This document shows, piece by piece, positions 50,807 to 63,592 of a stretch of 64,000 nucleotides of DNA (its first letter is position 1; each line of letters starts with the position of its first letter). The stretch comes from Psammoneis japonica (Eukaryota). A program made the translations under genes and the position numbers. The notes beneath the pieces were generated by a model. It was not told the DNA's origin. It saw only the letters and a list, made by a program, of their open reading frames with translations, and made no database searches. Location of the stretch: NCBI GenBank assembly GCA_008632985.1, contig QPGO01000270.1, positions 1 through 64,000 on the forward strand. Direction: 5' to 3'.

Positions 50807-53731
50807 CTCCCTCTCATTCACAGATTCCAGCAACCAACAAGAAAATCGCAAACGAGAAAGCTCGCACAATTGGCACAAGTTCAGAGCAAAGCTCCTGCAT
50901 CTTGACCGAGCCACAACACACAACAAATGAAGGAAGCGATGCTTCCAAAGTGCTGCCACCCTTGGACCTTCAACCGGTTGTTCTCGAAGAGCTCTCGGGT
51001 CAAAGGCTTGGTGAGACAATCGGCGAGTTGCTCAGCCGATTCCACCTCAATCGCATCAAACTCATCGCAATGCGACCAGAGCCAACGCCACTTGATGAGA
51101 AAACACTTGGCATGATTGGTGATGCGGTGGTTGGCAGCCAGGCAGCAAGCGCCTTGACTGTCTTCGAACACACGCGCACGAACCAAAGTCCTGAGATCTT
51201 GGGAGATGTCCAAGGTGAAGACGATCTCAAGGAGCAGGTTCTTCAAAGGCAGAAGAGTCCGAAGAGCACAGGAGGCGGCTTGGCACTCAGCTTCGAGGGT
51301 GGAGCAGGAAACAGCCGACTGGAGCTGCGATTTCCACACCAAAGGACATCCACTGAGAGTTGTGATGTGTCCGGTGCGTGACCTCACAGAACTCGGGTCA
51401 GAATCCGCTTCGCAGCAACAGAGACCAGCAAAATCGGCATCAACCCATGAATCAAGATCCAAACAACCGGTTGGAGACAGTGGCATCCCCTGATCACGCG
51501 TCCTCTTCAAGTGGCGGACCAGAGTCTTGACGGCGGTTGCATGCGACTGTTTTGGGTTGGAGTTGAAGTGCACAACCTGACTGACGGCGAGGGAAATGTC
51601 AGGACGGGTGTTGGTGGACAGACACAGGAGCATTCCAATGACCAAGGGACAGCTCCAGTCCTCCTGCATGGGATCTCCGTCTGCATCAGTGCCGAGAGCT
51701 TGGGACACTGCAGGGAGCAAGTTCGGTTTGCTGTCAACCAAGCCGGCAGCTAACAGGATCTTGTCAATCAACCCTTTCTGCGTCAACTTGACAGCACCAT
51801 CGTCTCTCCTTTCGAACTTGACACCCAAGAACTCGGTGAAACTGCCCTCCTTTGTCAATTCAAATCCTTTCTCGCGCAGCTGAAATGTCAACTGATCAAT
51901 GGTGGACTCCTGCGCTGCACTGATCCCACAATCGTTGACATGCAGGCAGACCATGCAATCATGGTGAAGCAGGAGACATTGGTCGCACTCGCTTTGGATG
52001 AAACCCAAGTCCAAGAAGGCTTGCAGACAATGTTCGTGCCACAACTTTGGAGCCGAAGAGAGTCCACAGAGACTCTTGACGAGCTCAAGACAAGTCTTGG
52101 GTCCTTTCGTCGAGCTGAAACCTCGTGGAAGATGAGTCCAAACTGGTTCTTCCGCGGGAAGCACTGCTTGAACGAATGCGGACTGGAAATTGGCGGATGC
52201 CGCATGCCATCCAAGAATGAGACTCAATGCCAAAAACACTCGAACCGTGCTCCAGGCTGCAACCGGTGCATGAGTGTCAAACAGACTTCCTTCCTGCAGA
52301 TCGCCGCGACAACAGCAGCAAGCCTTGTGCTTCTTGATCTCGCCTGAAGGTGATCGCTTGCGACGAAATGCCCAAGTGCCGGGAAGGATCTTGGTTTGAG
52401 CATCAGACACAGGTGCCTCGACCCACGTTCCTTGATGGACAAGTGCTGCAATCTCAATCTTAGCCGCCTTCAACCACTTGACGCGATCGGAAGAGTGCAT
52501 GGCCTCGTCCCACGACAGCGTGTCCGGATCCTTGACTTTGCGCGCCGACGCCTTGTGTGCGGCAGGAGCAGTCATGGACATGTTGCAACCATGGTCAAAC
52601 TTGTGTGCATGATGGAAATCAATGAAGTGGGACAAGCATCCGTGTCCCTGAGATCCATCACATCCAAACCACTGAGGTGCAGCGCGAGTCCGGGTTGAGC
52701 AACGAACTGGGGTTGGAGAGGGGCGTTGTGCGCTGGGTGGAGCCACAGGTGGTGACTCCCTCTCTTGACCGAGATCCGAAGAAAGACTTCGAGGGGTGGG
52801 AGGCTCCCTCTGAGGACTTGGTGGGGCATTTGAGTTGGTGGCGGGTGCTCTCTCCCTCTGAGGCGAGTCTGAAGCCACGGGTTCTCAGTGGGAGACTCCA
52901 ATGGAGGCATGGACTCCACCTCAGGGACCGGGGGTTCCACAACGGGACTCGAGGGGGCTTTGGGAGAAGACACTGGTGCTTGAGCAACCGGAGGAGGGAC
53001 CTGCAAGGGTTTGGGAGGCGACCGGCGGGTGACGGTTTCGCGGATTTCCTCAGATCGGCGCTCACATTCTGGGCATTCTTGATGGATGTCGATGTCAGCC
53101 TGCTCTTCATCATCCATGGCACATTGACACACACTGTCTCTGAAAAGAGACGTCCATTCCAGAGACCCAACGGCAGGTGACGAGCTGGCATCGGCAGGAA
53201 CCATCGCAAACCAACCATCAAAAACGACATGGAATTGTGGAGTGATGGCTCCTGTTTCAAGACTCAAGACTGGCGGGACTGACGAGGCATGCTCGGGGCT
53301 GAGTCCCACACAGACATGCCGACTCGCGTGGGGTTTCCACTTCGGCAGTTTCTTTCCATCGGCGAGTGTTTTGTCAAGAACGCAAACAGGGCACCCCCAA
53401 ACATGACAATCCTGGAACCGAGAGTGAGGATTGCGCGTCTGGGTGAACACATCCTGTGGACTTAGACCCGCAGATGGGTCTGGCATCGCATCACAAAGCA
53501 TGACAGCGTGGTCCACAGCCAAAGGCCAAAGAGTGGCATCCGCAACATCAGGCCAATGGATCGCCGCATGCAACATCATGCTTCTCGCGATCGACATTGT
53601 AGTGTGCATTGCTTGTTCACAAACTCCATTGTGATGGTGAGCTCCTGCACCGGCATGCTTCGAAACTTGAGCAAAAGATTCCAAGTGAACCCTGAAATTG
53701 GCCAACGTGAACGCCTTTCCGTTGTCGCTCA

Positions 53732-54127
53732 GACGCGTTCCAGCCCTGGGTGGGAGCTCGTAGCACTGACGTGTGACACAAACAATTTTTATCATCCGTC
53801 GCATGTTTCGCACACAGATTTCTACGTGTGGCATTTTAAAAAAATTGTCCAGACTCGCTGTTTTGCGAAGCCCCAGACGTTTCATACAATGAATTTATAG
53901 AAACAACAATGCGCCAGCCACATTCTTCAATGTCTGAAGAATGTAACTGGCTAAGTAAAAAATGATGCACTTCAATCATGGGCGAGTTTGTGCGTTCGCA
54001 AAATTGCCTCATTTTCTGTTGGCGATCATTGACATTTTAATTGCCGCGTGATTTTAGTGCAGAGCTCGCACGCAGAATTCTGCGGGCCCAATGTCACACG
54101 GATTCCCACCTGCGTCTGGAACGCGTC
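53732..54127 (+). mobile_element. Full-length MITE (396 bp) inserted in the Copia-2 integrase
   Basis: Perfect TIRs, TSD CTCA; removal restores PQECLSDNGKAF. Confidence 0.95.
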
Positions 54128-57100
54128 CTCAGACATTCTTGGGGAACAACGCCATGATCGTGACAATGGGCCTCAAACACGTTCTTGGCCGTCAAAGTCT
54201 CATGGGCATTGAGGTGAGTTTGATGTTGAACGTTGATGTAACCGGATGCATGATCCACAAAGATTGCTCTGCCCGAGTGCTGATGTTTTGTGCTCTCCTT
54301 TCCAAAAGCATGTTTCAGACAACCACGAGTGGAACAGACAAAATGATCAACCGAAACTCGTTGACCGGGGAACAGTTGGTCCTTCTTCAAGGCACCAGCT
54401 CGATCTTTGACAACACGAGAAGTCTTTCTGGGGCCAGGACGGCGTTTTTGTTTCCCACATTGGCGTGCGGCACAAAGGGGCGGACGATCGACACGACAAG
54501 CGCGTTCATGCAAACGACGGGCACCCTGAGAGTGGGACAGAGCTCCCACACGCATCAAGAATTGCACCTTTTGAAAGCTCAGATGCCCGAGACGAAAGTG
54601 CCAATGCAGTGGCTCCTTTTCGGCAGGTGAGACATTGTGATTGTGTTCCACAATCGTCGACAACGTCAAGTGAAACTCCTCACAAATTCGTTGACTTGCT
54701 TGATTCGCGTAGGCCCATCCAGCCGGTGGGTTAGTTGAAGGTTCAATCAACACTTCAACACCTCGCCTGTGTCCTTGTTTGCGATTCTTGGATCCACTGA
54801 GGATGGCACGGTCCGATGGCAGTTCGATGGACTCATCCGGGTGCATCTGCAAGAGACTGGTCGTGCTCAAGAGACGGGCCTTGGACTTGGGGACGTAGCA
54901 GGCCGGAACCTTCAGAGTCCGAAGCACCCCAGTGACATCAACAAAAGACCAAGCGACGTGTCCAATGCCTGCCACATGGAGGCCCTTTGCGACACCTTGG
55001 AGCCGGACAGCGACAGGTGGTTTCTCGAGGGGCCCGACGAAGTCGTCCTTGCAAGGTGAGACCAATGCGCTTGCGCCTTGGTCCCAAATGACCGGGAAAG
55101 TGTGCTCTTTGACCACTTCCTTTGTCTCCTCAGGACTCGTGAACGCCGCCTTGAGAGTGCCAGCGACAGAAAGTAGAGGTGACGGGACGTCAGCATTGGC
55201 AAGACAAGCCCTGGCTGCTGGGGAGCAGACAGCATCAAGCTGGGAGCGCGTCAAACCGTGCGCAGCGTTCGAACCAACAGGGCGACACGTGGGTGTGTTG
55301 AGGTTCCGACAACCTTGATGACAAATGTTGGGACCCCTTTTTAGAGCAGTGCTCTTGTGACGTCTGGCACCCTTGGGACGAACGGCTTCTCCCTCTCGAC
55401 CGAGGAGAGGACGTGCGCGCGTGAAGGTGAGTGACCGCTCAAAGGCCTTGACCTCCTCACTGAGGTCGTGCAACTGATTGCGCTGCCGCTGCTTAACATC
55501 AGGCGCCCCACGGGCACGTTGGAAGAGAGAGGGATGCCTGGGTGGAGTGCGGCGGCGTCCGTGGCGAGACTGAAGCTCCCGTGCAGGCGACGATGCCCCC
55601 AACGTTCGTGGTGCTTGGAGAACTTGGTTCCTTGGCGTGCAGCCCAGCGGGGAGGAGGGGGTGGAGAAGGAGCATGCAGGGCTTCGGCACGAGCATCACG
55701 CTCAAACTTAGACGGCAAAAATGCAGCCACTAGAAGCAGAAGGAACCAGATGGCGGGCAAAGGATAGAGACGCCAATGTGACGAGACGTGCGACGCAATG
55801 ACCGTCACGAACCAGATCATGGCGTCGACTCCAGCAATCCACCAGTCGGCCGGAAGCTGAGAACACCAACATCCCAAGGTGGCACAGAGCAGCGGAGATG
55901 CAAAGGGGTGGATCAAGGCAAGTGCAACCTGAGACAGTCCAAGCAGTGCATCCTTGAATCCCAACTCAAAGTCGAATTCCGCGTGCCACACCCCAGGATC
56001 CAGGAAGAGGGTGTTGGCCTGCTGAGTCGGCGCAGGAGGTGACTCATCCTTCTGCCCATGCTTGGCAGTGCCGTGAGTGGTTGACCAACGATGGCACTTG
56101 GCACACCAGTGCCAAGTCTTGCCCTGAGCAACCTTGGACTCAGATTGTCCGGGACGAGGCGCGACCTTCTTCCAGTTGCACATGACGCCACCATTGCCAT
56201 TGCCTCCGTTGCCACCTTGACTCCCGTTGCCACCGGAGCGGTTCCTGCCCCTTCCTCCTTGTCCTCCACCATTGTGCCCAGGGTTTGAGCCGCCTTGGTT
56301 GTTTCCAGCACCCTCACTGGACTTGTTGGGACAGTCACGTGCCCAGTGTCCGAGCTTGTCGCAGTTGTTGCACGGAGAGTTTTCCGGAGTCTTCTTGCGG
56401 GGAGCAGCCGTCTGCTGGAAGAGAGCATTGAACTGGGCCTGAGTGAGTGGAACTCCAACCGTTTGACAAGTGGCTGAGGGGTCAAGTGCCAGGTTTCCAA
56501 AGGCTCTGGGAATGGCTTTGGAGTCTGTCGCGTGCTTGACAGGATCCCACTGCGCGTTGTTCTTGAACAAGCAGCAGCGGTCCAGGATCTTTCCAATGAC
56601 TTGAGAGCAAGCAAGGTTCTTGGACGCAAGGTGTCGTTTCGTGTCCGTCTTAGACTTGTGCGCCATCTCAACAAGTGCCTCGCTCAAATTCTCTTTCACA
56701 GTGCGAAGGGCATGCTTGAACTGCTGACCGTTTTTGCCATCCCCGCCAGCTTCCAGGCAAGTGTTGACCAAGGCAAGCGTTGGCTTGTGGTCGCACTGAC
56801 CCACAACATCTAACTCTTGGGCCGTGGTCTTGAACTCGCATGGGAGCTGGGAGAGATCCTGACCGGTGAACTGGGAGGGCTTGAGTTCCTCCAGCTGCTT
56901 TTCGAGCTGCTTGAAGCGTTCGATGGACGTGCTCTGGAGGATCACGACGAGAGCTGTCCAGACTTTCGGAAAGCAATCCGACTCTTCCGTCTCCAGATCC
57001 AGCTGCACGGCCAGGCTAGCCTCCAAGGAGTTCTTAAGAAACTCAGCAGCATCCCTGTCATTGGATGAATCGCAGGAGTCACACTTGGCGAGTTGAGGTG

Positions 57101-58075
57101 CGACAAGATGGGCGACACTCGATTTGGAATGCCGAGGATGTCCTTCAACGCAAGACGTCACAGAAGTTGAGTCCTCGGGGTCCTGCAGGCAAGTTGCCGC
57201 ATCCAAACCGCAGTCCTTGAGATGCTTCATCACCTTCTTCTCAAAGGTTGCAAGATCTCCCTTCTTGTCAAACTTGGTTGAAAGTCCGGCAACGCGGCAG
57301 GCCTTGCTCTTCTGGGCAGAAGAAACATGGTGGGAGCGACACTGGTTTGGTGACATTGGACTGGAGTTGGGAGTTTCCAATCCGGACCAGTCAGCCTTGG
57401 GTTTCCCACCGGTCCAAGCAACTTTCTCAGTGGAACCAATGGAGACAACCCCACCCATCTTAGGAGCCTTGGGTTTGTAGACTTTCGTCTTCGGCATCGC
57501 CACGGTTACCATGGCAGCCACAGCCTGAACGGTGCGGCGCTCGTCTTCCGACATGCGGGAGCCTGCAGTGGGCTCGTCATCATCATCGTCCGAGTCATCA
57601 TCTGAATTGTCCGGGCGAAGTTCCAAGGGCAGAACAGGCTCATCGTCTGGGTCGTTGTGGTCCTGAGGTGGTGGATTATCCCCCGGTGGAGGTTGGTCCT
57701 CAGGAGGCTGATCCTTGAACACTTCGGGGTCGTCAGCCATGTCCGACAGCACGCTTGAAGCTGTCAAGTCAGACCAATCGTCTGGGACATTCTCAATCAA
57801 AGAGTGCGAGCTCGGAGAACTCTCTTGGGTCTCAGGAGGGCCGCTGAGTGGAGTGGGACCTGAGATGGTGCACGTGCAAAATCAACAACAAACCTTCTGG
57901 CGGAACCAGCTGTTCAGCTGATGGAGTCAGTCGCAGTGCTTGACATCAAGAGCACGGAGCGCAGCCAATGAGGAGCGCTGATGGCATCCGAGCCATTGAC
58001 AGGGTTGCTCTGGTTTGGTCATCCCCAACCGGAAGCGCAGAACGTGCCAAGTTACCCTAATTGGGCGAACTGGCC

Positions 58076-58547
58076 AGTCGAAGCTCACGTGTCCGCGCAA
58101 GCTCCGAGTGCCTTCCCAACGCATCGACTGGATGTCCACTCCAGATCGACACCTCAGGCAGAACACAAGCAGATGGAATCCACCAACGAGCAGTGACGAG
58201 TGTTTGGTCTTTCACAAAAGTGCTGCTGACCAAATTACAAGCCACCTGGACTGAATCTGCTGAATGCACCCAAACAGAGGTTGATCCGCAGGCTTGCACT
58301 AGAGACCAGTGCAAACTTCAGGGTTGACCACATTCACAACAATCATCCAAACACTGCTGAACCGATCTGTGGTTGGCCCAACATCTGTGCAAAGCCTGTG
58401 ATCTCCAAAGCACCGCCCATGATCCCCAAAGCATTTGGCTTGAGAATCAAGTTGATGTGGCGCGAAAAGAATTTCGACAAGAATTCCGACTGACAGAAGC
58501 ACAGATGCAACAGAGAATCTGGGTTGGTGGACAGATGAACCACGACT
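58076..58547 (-). repeat. 5' LTR of Copia element 2
   Basis: agtcg...cgact; direct repeat of 50336-50806. Confidence 0.93.
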
Positions 58548-58552
58548 GTTCT

Positions 58553-59039
58553 TGAAACAATTCTCCGAAATGTTCCGCAAAGAGCTCCTCTGGCGACAGA
58601 GACTTGACCCTGCATTTGGGTGCAGAGTGTTTGGACATGTGTTCGCCTTCGTCATCTGTTTCACAATGGACACAATGCATCCACTTTTGCTTTTCCTCCA
58701 CACACTCGAATCGAGCAACTTTTGCCTCGCACAGTCCAGGCATGTTGGTTGCGGGGTCGATGAAACTTTTGGAGATCTTGGCACCAATGGCAGCTTCTGT
58801 TGTGGCAGTGGGTTGTCCTCCTCCAACTCTTCTTTGGTCTTGTCATCAGCACCCACATCATGATTCCTGCTGCTGCTGCTCAAACTTTTTGCTGCCTTGG
58901 CATTCTTCTGTGGAGGAGGCGCCTTTTTTGTTCATGATGACGCTTCTTTGGCAGCTTTCGCATTTTCATCTAAAGGCGGTGGTGGTTGATGTGCTTGTTC
59001 CTCCATCGATCTCTTCAGAGCGACGTGAAGCGAGCTCAT
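58553..59039 (-). pseudogene. 5' part of the split host gene, with a Tudor-like domain
   Basis: IGAKISKSF...LCEAKV...MHCVHCETDDEGE (Tyr replaced by Cys/His); joins as FGELFQE|PFHQVNIHWKEFLQDL. Confidence 0.7.
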
Positions 59040-59206
59040 TGTAGAAGCACTTCAAATCACAAAAAGTGAAGCAAGCAACAAGTGACACAGCTTGTCATCG
59101 CTCATCGCCACAGCAAATGACGGGGCGGCGGGGTGTGGGGTCTTCACGGTGAAAGGTGAAAGGGAAGAGAGAAACTGCGTAAAATCCCTCTCTGCTGGAG
59201 AGAGCA

Positions 59207-62200
59207 GCCAGTGGTCATCCGCACAGATGCCACATTTCAACCAAATGTGGTGTCAATGTGGCACCCCCATCCAAAACACCAGAACAATGCTTCATGTGCT
59301 CCCCAAGTCTTTTTCCGTTGACAGAAAATCATCAAACAACTCAGAGAACAGGGGCACATGCATTGCATGAGGTGTCTTTGATCGGAAGTTGCGTTGGAAG
59401 TCGTCTGAAGTTGACTGAAAAATGGCGTCTCCGAGATGCGCAAATGCGTGCTGGCACCATGAGCGGACAAGAAGCGACCACCGTCGCTGCCTCCGAGAGT
59501 GTCTCCCCCCCCATGCAATCCATTGGTGAACATGGATCAACACCTCAAGCGTCCACTGGAGTGGTTGAAAGAGCTCAAATGGACCCAGCTCCACAACTAA
59601 ATGCTGCTGCTGCTGCTGAGACTCCTGCAAACAATGTTGAAGGCACTCCCGTGCAGCCTCCTCAAGCATCTGACCAAGGGAGCGGCAGAAGCAATGACTC
59701 TGGATCACAGAAACCGCCCCTGACAACACCTCGAACGAAAAGGAAGACAGGTTCGAAAAAGCGAATGAAAATCGGCCGTCAAGCGAAAGTCAAACGAATG
59801 GACCTCTGCCACATTCTCAGTGAGGTGCAATGACAAGCAATGCCTCGCGACGCCCCCAACGGCTTTCTTTTTTTTGGAACTGTCAAGGGCGGAAATTCAA
59901 AAGTAGGTTGGGATGTTGATTTTGACACCCTTCCTGAATTGGATGAAAGAGTTTGTCATGTCACCGCTAACAAGATCACCGTCATGCAGGACTGGGAAGA
60001 GGAAAACCCCATGTCAGAACAGGAACGTAGGAGCCGCTCGAAAGATGGCGACGATGACGAACCCGCGGCAAAGAAATCAAGGAAGACTTTGGCACTTCAA
60101 TCATTGGATGAATTCTGTGAGCTTGAAGATGCAGAAGTTACTCAAAAATCCATCTTTGAAATGAGGCATGGAACCAATCCGCGATGCATTGAAAAGAAGG
60201 TTGCATGGAAGACACACGGTGAGACAGAGTGCGCAACGGAGTCTCCACTCACAGTGCCGGACCCACCTGTTGAATTAAAGGACGTGGACTTTGCCAACAA
60301 GAGCACACAAGAAAATTTCTTTGACCACGTGCTCCCGGATGTCACTGGTCACGGAAAGATTTTGGACAGATGCCTGAGTGACAGGAGAGCAAGCCATCAC
60401 ACTGCATGCCTTCAGCTTGACCGTGCTTTCCATGATCCGGATGCTGAAGATCCAGATTGGATGGCAAAGCAGTGTTGCACAGTGCTCATTGCAGCTGCTT
60501 CTACAATTGAATGCGGAGTTGAAAATCTGTGGAAGTTGGGATCTTCAGAGGGTTGCTCGTTCTACCCCGACTTTGGGCAATGTGTTGACGTGAAAACTTT
60601 CAAGTGTTTCGAAAGCGCAGCTGCATTTTGTTGGGCCGACCCACAATGCTGGTTTCATGACAAACGCGACATGCCATGGGAAGTGTTTCTGCCGGCGCTG
60701 AAAGGATTCAATGACAGGAGACGACAACTCATCAAATCCCTTGTCTTGCCCTGGGTGGGAGCTCACAGTGCTGACGTGTGACACAAACAATTTTTGTCAT
60801 CCGCAGCATGTTTCGCACGCACATTTCCACGTGTGACATCATAAAAAAATTGTCCAGACTCGCTGTTTTGCGAAGCCCCAGATGTTTCATGTGACGAATT
60901 TATAGAAACAACGATGCACCAGTTGCATTCTTGAATGTCTGAAGAATGTAACTGGCCAAGCAAAAAATGATGTGCTTCAATCATGAGCGAGTTTGTGCAT
61001 TCGCAAAATTGCCTCATTTTCTGTTGGCGATCATTGACATTTTAATTGCCGTGTGATTTTACTGTGGAGCTCGCACGCAGAATTCTACGGGCCCAATGTC
61101 ACACGGATTCCCACCTGCGTCTGGAACGCGTCACCCAAGACATCCAAGTTGGGTGGACTCCCGAATTGCACCCATGAGCCCCGCAAGCCTGTGCCTCTTG
61201 GAACGATGTTTCGAAATGGGGCCGAATGCACTGCTGGCATTCTAGTGCACAACGACCTGGTTCAGCTGCCAGAACACCAGCAAATGAAGAAGTGCCACGG
61301 TGAGCAATCCAGTCTGCCTGATGGATCAAACATTCCTGTGCATGTGGCTGAAACACTGCGGCAAGTGGAGCATGCAGGAGTGAAGGAAGGCGGTTGGGTC
61401 GGAGGCGATGCATGGTTTGGCAGTGTTGTGAGTTGCGTCAAGGTGTCAAAACGGTTCAAAGTTCACTCGACCTTCGTTGTGAAGAATGACACTTCTTTCT
61501 TTCCAAAGGCTGCCATCCACAGAGTCATGATGGCACGACACAGCAATCGTTTGGCTGGAAAGTGGGTCACGTTCTTGATGACAATCGCTGGAGTGCAGCT
61601 GATTGCCATGGGTTGCGCATGGAGCAAATCAAGTGTTGCATGTTTTATTTCAACGTGTGGACTAACCTCTCCATCGGACATGCCTCATGTGTCGAACTTC
61701 GAGAATGAGTGTGGAGAAGTGGCATCGAAGGAACTGCCATGCCCAAAACTTTGCGAATTTCTACATGAGCATCTGCCAATCATTGATGAACACAACAAAC
61801 AAAGACAAGACATTCTTGGTCTGGAGAATTCATGGCCAACACGTTGTTGCTGGTTCCGGCTTCTTGTCACCACTGTTGGAATGTCAGTTGTGGATCTTCA
61901 CCGGCTCTATCGGCACCATGACCAAACAACTCATGGGGGAGCCATGACGGCTAGAAAATTCTCAGACATGCTCTGCAAAGGCCTCAAGTGCAGGTCTGAC
62001 CGGGACCGTCTCCCTCGAACTCCACCATCCAAGCCGGCAGCGGGAACACTCAAGCAAACAACCAATGATGCTGGCAATGCAACGAGACCTCCAACAGAGA
62101 AGCAACTTCAGAGCGGGCACAATGTTGGTCAACCGCATCAACAAAATTGTTGGATGTGTCGGAAGTGCAACAAGTGCACCACAACATCATGGTGCTGTGC

Positions 62201-62753
62201 GGAGTGTGACACGCCGCTGTGTCGAAAGAATCGGGGCCAAGGGTTGACCTGCAATGACGAGCACAGGACAAGCAGCGATCCACGCATCCGCTGCCAACCT
62301 GGATGCAAGAAGGGTCAATTTCCTGATGAACTTTAGAGTGATTTGTGGCATGTGACATGACTGCACAACTTGGTGTTTGCCACATGGTGCTGGCCTGATT
62401 CATCAGGACCACAACATAACTTGGCGTTTGCTGCATGGCATCACCAGATTCACTTCCATCTCCCGCAGGGTCAGCCATTGCCATGCATCCTCAACACCAT
62501 CAAGAAAAAACCAGCTGCTGCAGACACACATCATGCACCACTTCCAACAGTTGCAACCCATGACAACAGCGTCTCGCATCTTGCAACTTTCGCCTTTCAG
62601 GCATGGGCCGGTTGGAGTGGTGCAAGTTCTGCATGACCACATCACAAACAAATGTGGCATCTCATGTGGTGTCTTGTAGAATCAATGCCAGGATTGCCGC
62701 AGGCCAGAGATGCCATGCATGGCATCATGGTGTCTGTGCGGATGACCACTGGC
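59207..62753 (+). mobile_element. piggyBac-like DNA transposon, inactivated
   Basis: TIRs gccagtggtcatccgcacaga / tctgtgcggatgaccactggc; flanks AGCA/AGCA; transposase EPRKPVPLGTMF, GGDAWFGS, IDEHNKQRQ and C-terminal Cys-rich domain; premature TGA at 59831. Confidence 0.85.
60748..61132 (+). mobile_element. MITE lacking its left TIR, inside the piggyBac-like transposase
   Basis: Starts gccctgggtggga, ends ctggaacgcgtc. Confidence 0.9.
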
Positions 62754-63180
62754 AGCAGCCAGTGCCAGTGGAAACAAAGTGGTGACATGCAGACATTTCG
62801 CCGTGCGTCACTTGCTTTGCCTCACTCAATGTCCTGCTGCTGCTAGAGTGGAGATCCGTCCCGCACTGTACAATGTAGAATCCTGTTTTGTAAAATTCCA
62901 AGCCTTGCCTCTGATGAGTGCCCAGCTGCTGTTCAGTGCAAGCTCCACCTCCCAGTCCCTCGATGGGACGGGGTCTTCACGGTGGAAAGGGAAGAAAGAC
63001 GCAAAGCACTTCCAAGCACCGAGAGAAACTGCGTGAAATCCCAATTGGAAAGTGGTGGGGTGTGGATGGTTTGCAGTGTGTCACTCACCTTGCCTCGCTC
63101 CATGTCCTGGTGGATCCATCCCACACTGCACAATGCAGAGTCCTGTTTTGTAAAATTCTGAGCCTTGCCTCTGATGAGCA
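62754..63180. repeat. Tandem ~250-bp repeat; the first unit begins at ~59137 and is split by the piggyBac-like element
   Basis: ggggtcttcacggtg...gagagaaactgcgt.aaatccc at 59137 and ~62970; tcctgttttgtaaaattc...gccttgcctctgatgag at 62881 and 63141. Confidence 0.75.
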
Positions 63181-63193
63181 CACCACCACCATT

Positions 63194-63592
63194 GACGCGT
63201 TCCAGCCCTGGCAGGTGGGAGCTCGTAGTGCTGACGTGTGACACAAATGATTTTTGTCATCCGCAGCATGTTTCGCACGTGCATTTCTGTGTGTGACATT
63301 TTAAAAAAATTGTCCAGACTCGCTGTTTTGCGAAGCCCCAGACGTTTCACACAACAAATTTGTGGAAACAACAATGCACCAGTTGCATTCTTGAATGTCT
63401 GAAGAATGTAACTGGCCAAGCAAAAAATGATGCACTTGAATCATGGGCGAGTTTGTGCGTTCACAAAATTGCCTCATTTTCTGTTGGCGATCATTGACAC
63501 TTTAATTGCCATGTGATTTTGCTGCGGAGCTTGCACATGGAATTCTACGGGCCCAATGTCACACGGATTCCCACCTGCGTCTGGAACGCGTC
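63194..63592 (+). mobile_element. Full-length MITE
   Basis: Perfect TIRs; TSD CATT/CGTT. Confidence 0.92.

Larger units (their letters stand above)
50336..58547 (-). mobile_element. Full-length Ty1/Copia LTR retrotransposon 2, inactivated, with non-canonical AG...CT termini
   Basis: ~471-bp LTRs; 5-bp TSD GTTCT (50331-50335 / 58548-58552); PPT gaatgagagggag adjacent to 50806; gag CNNCDKLGHWARDC, protease IWDQGAS, integrase, RT HVND, RNase H VDADFAG. Confidence 0.95.
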
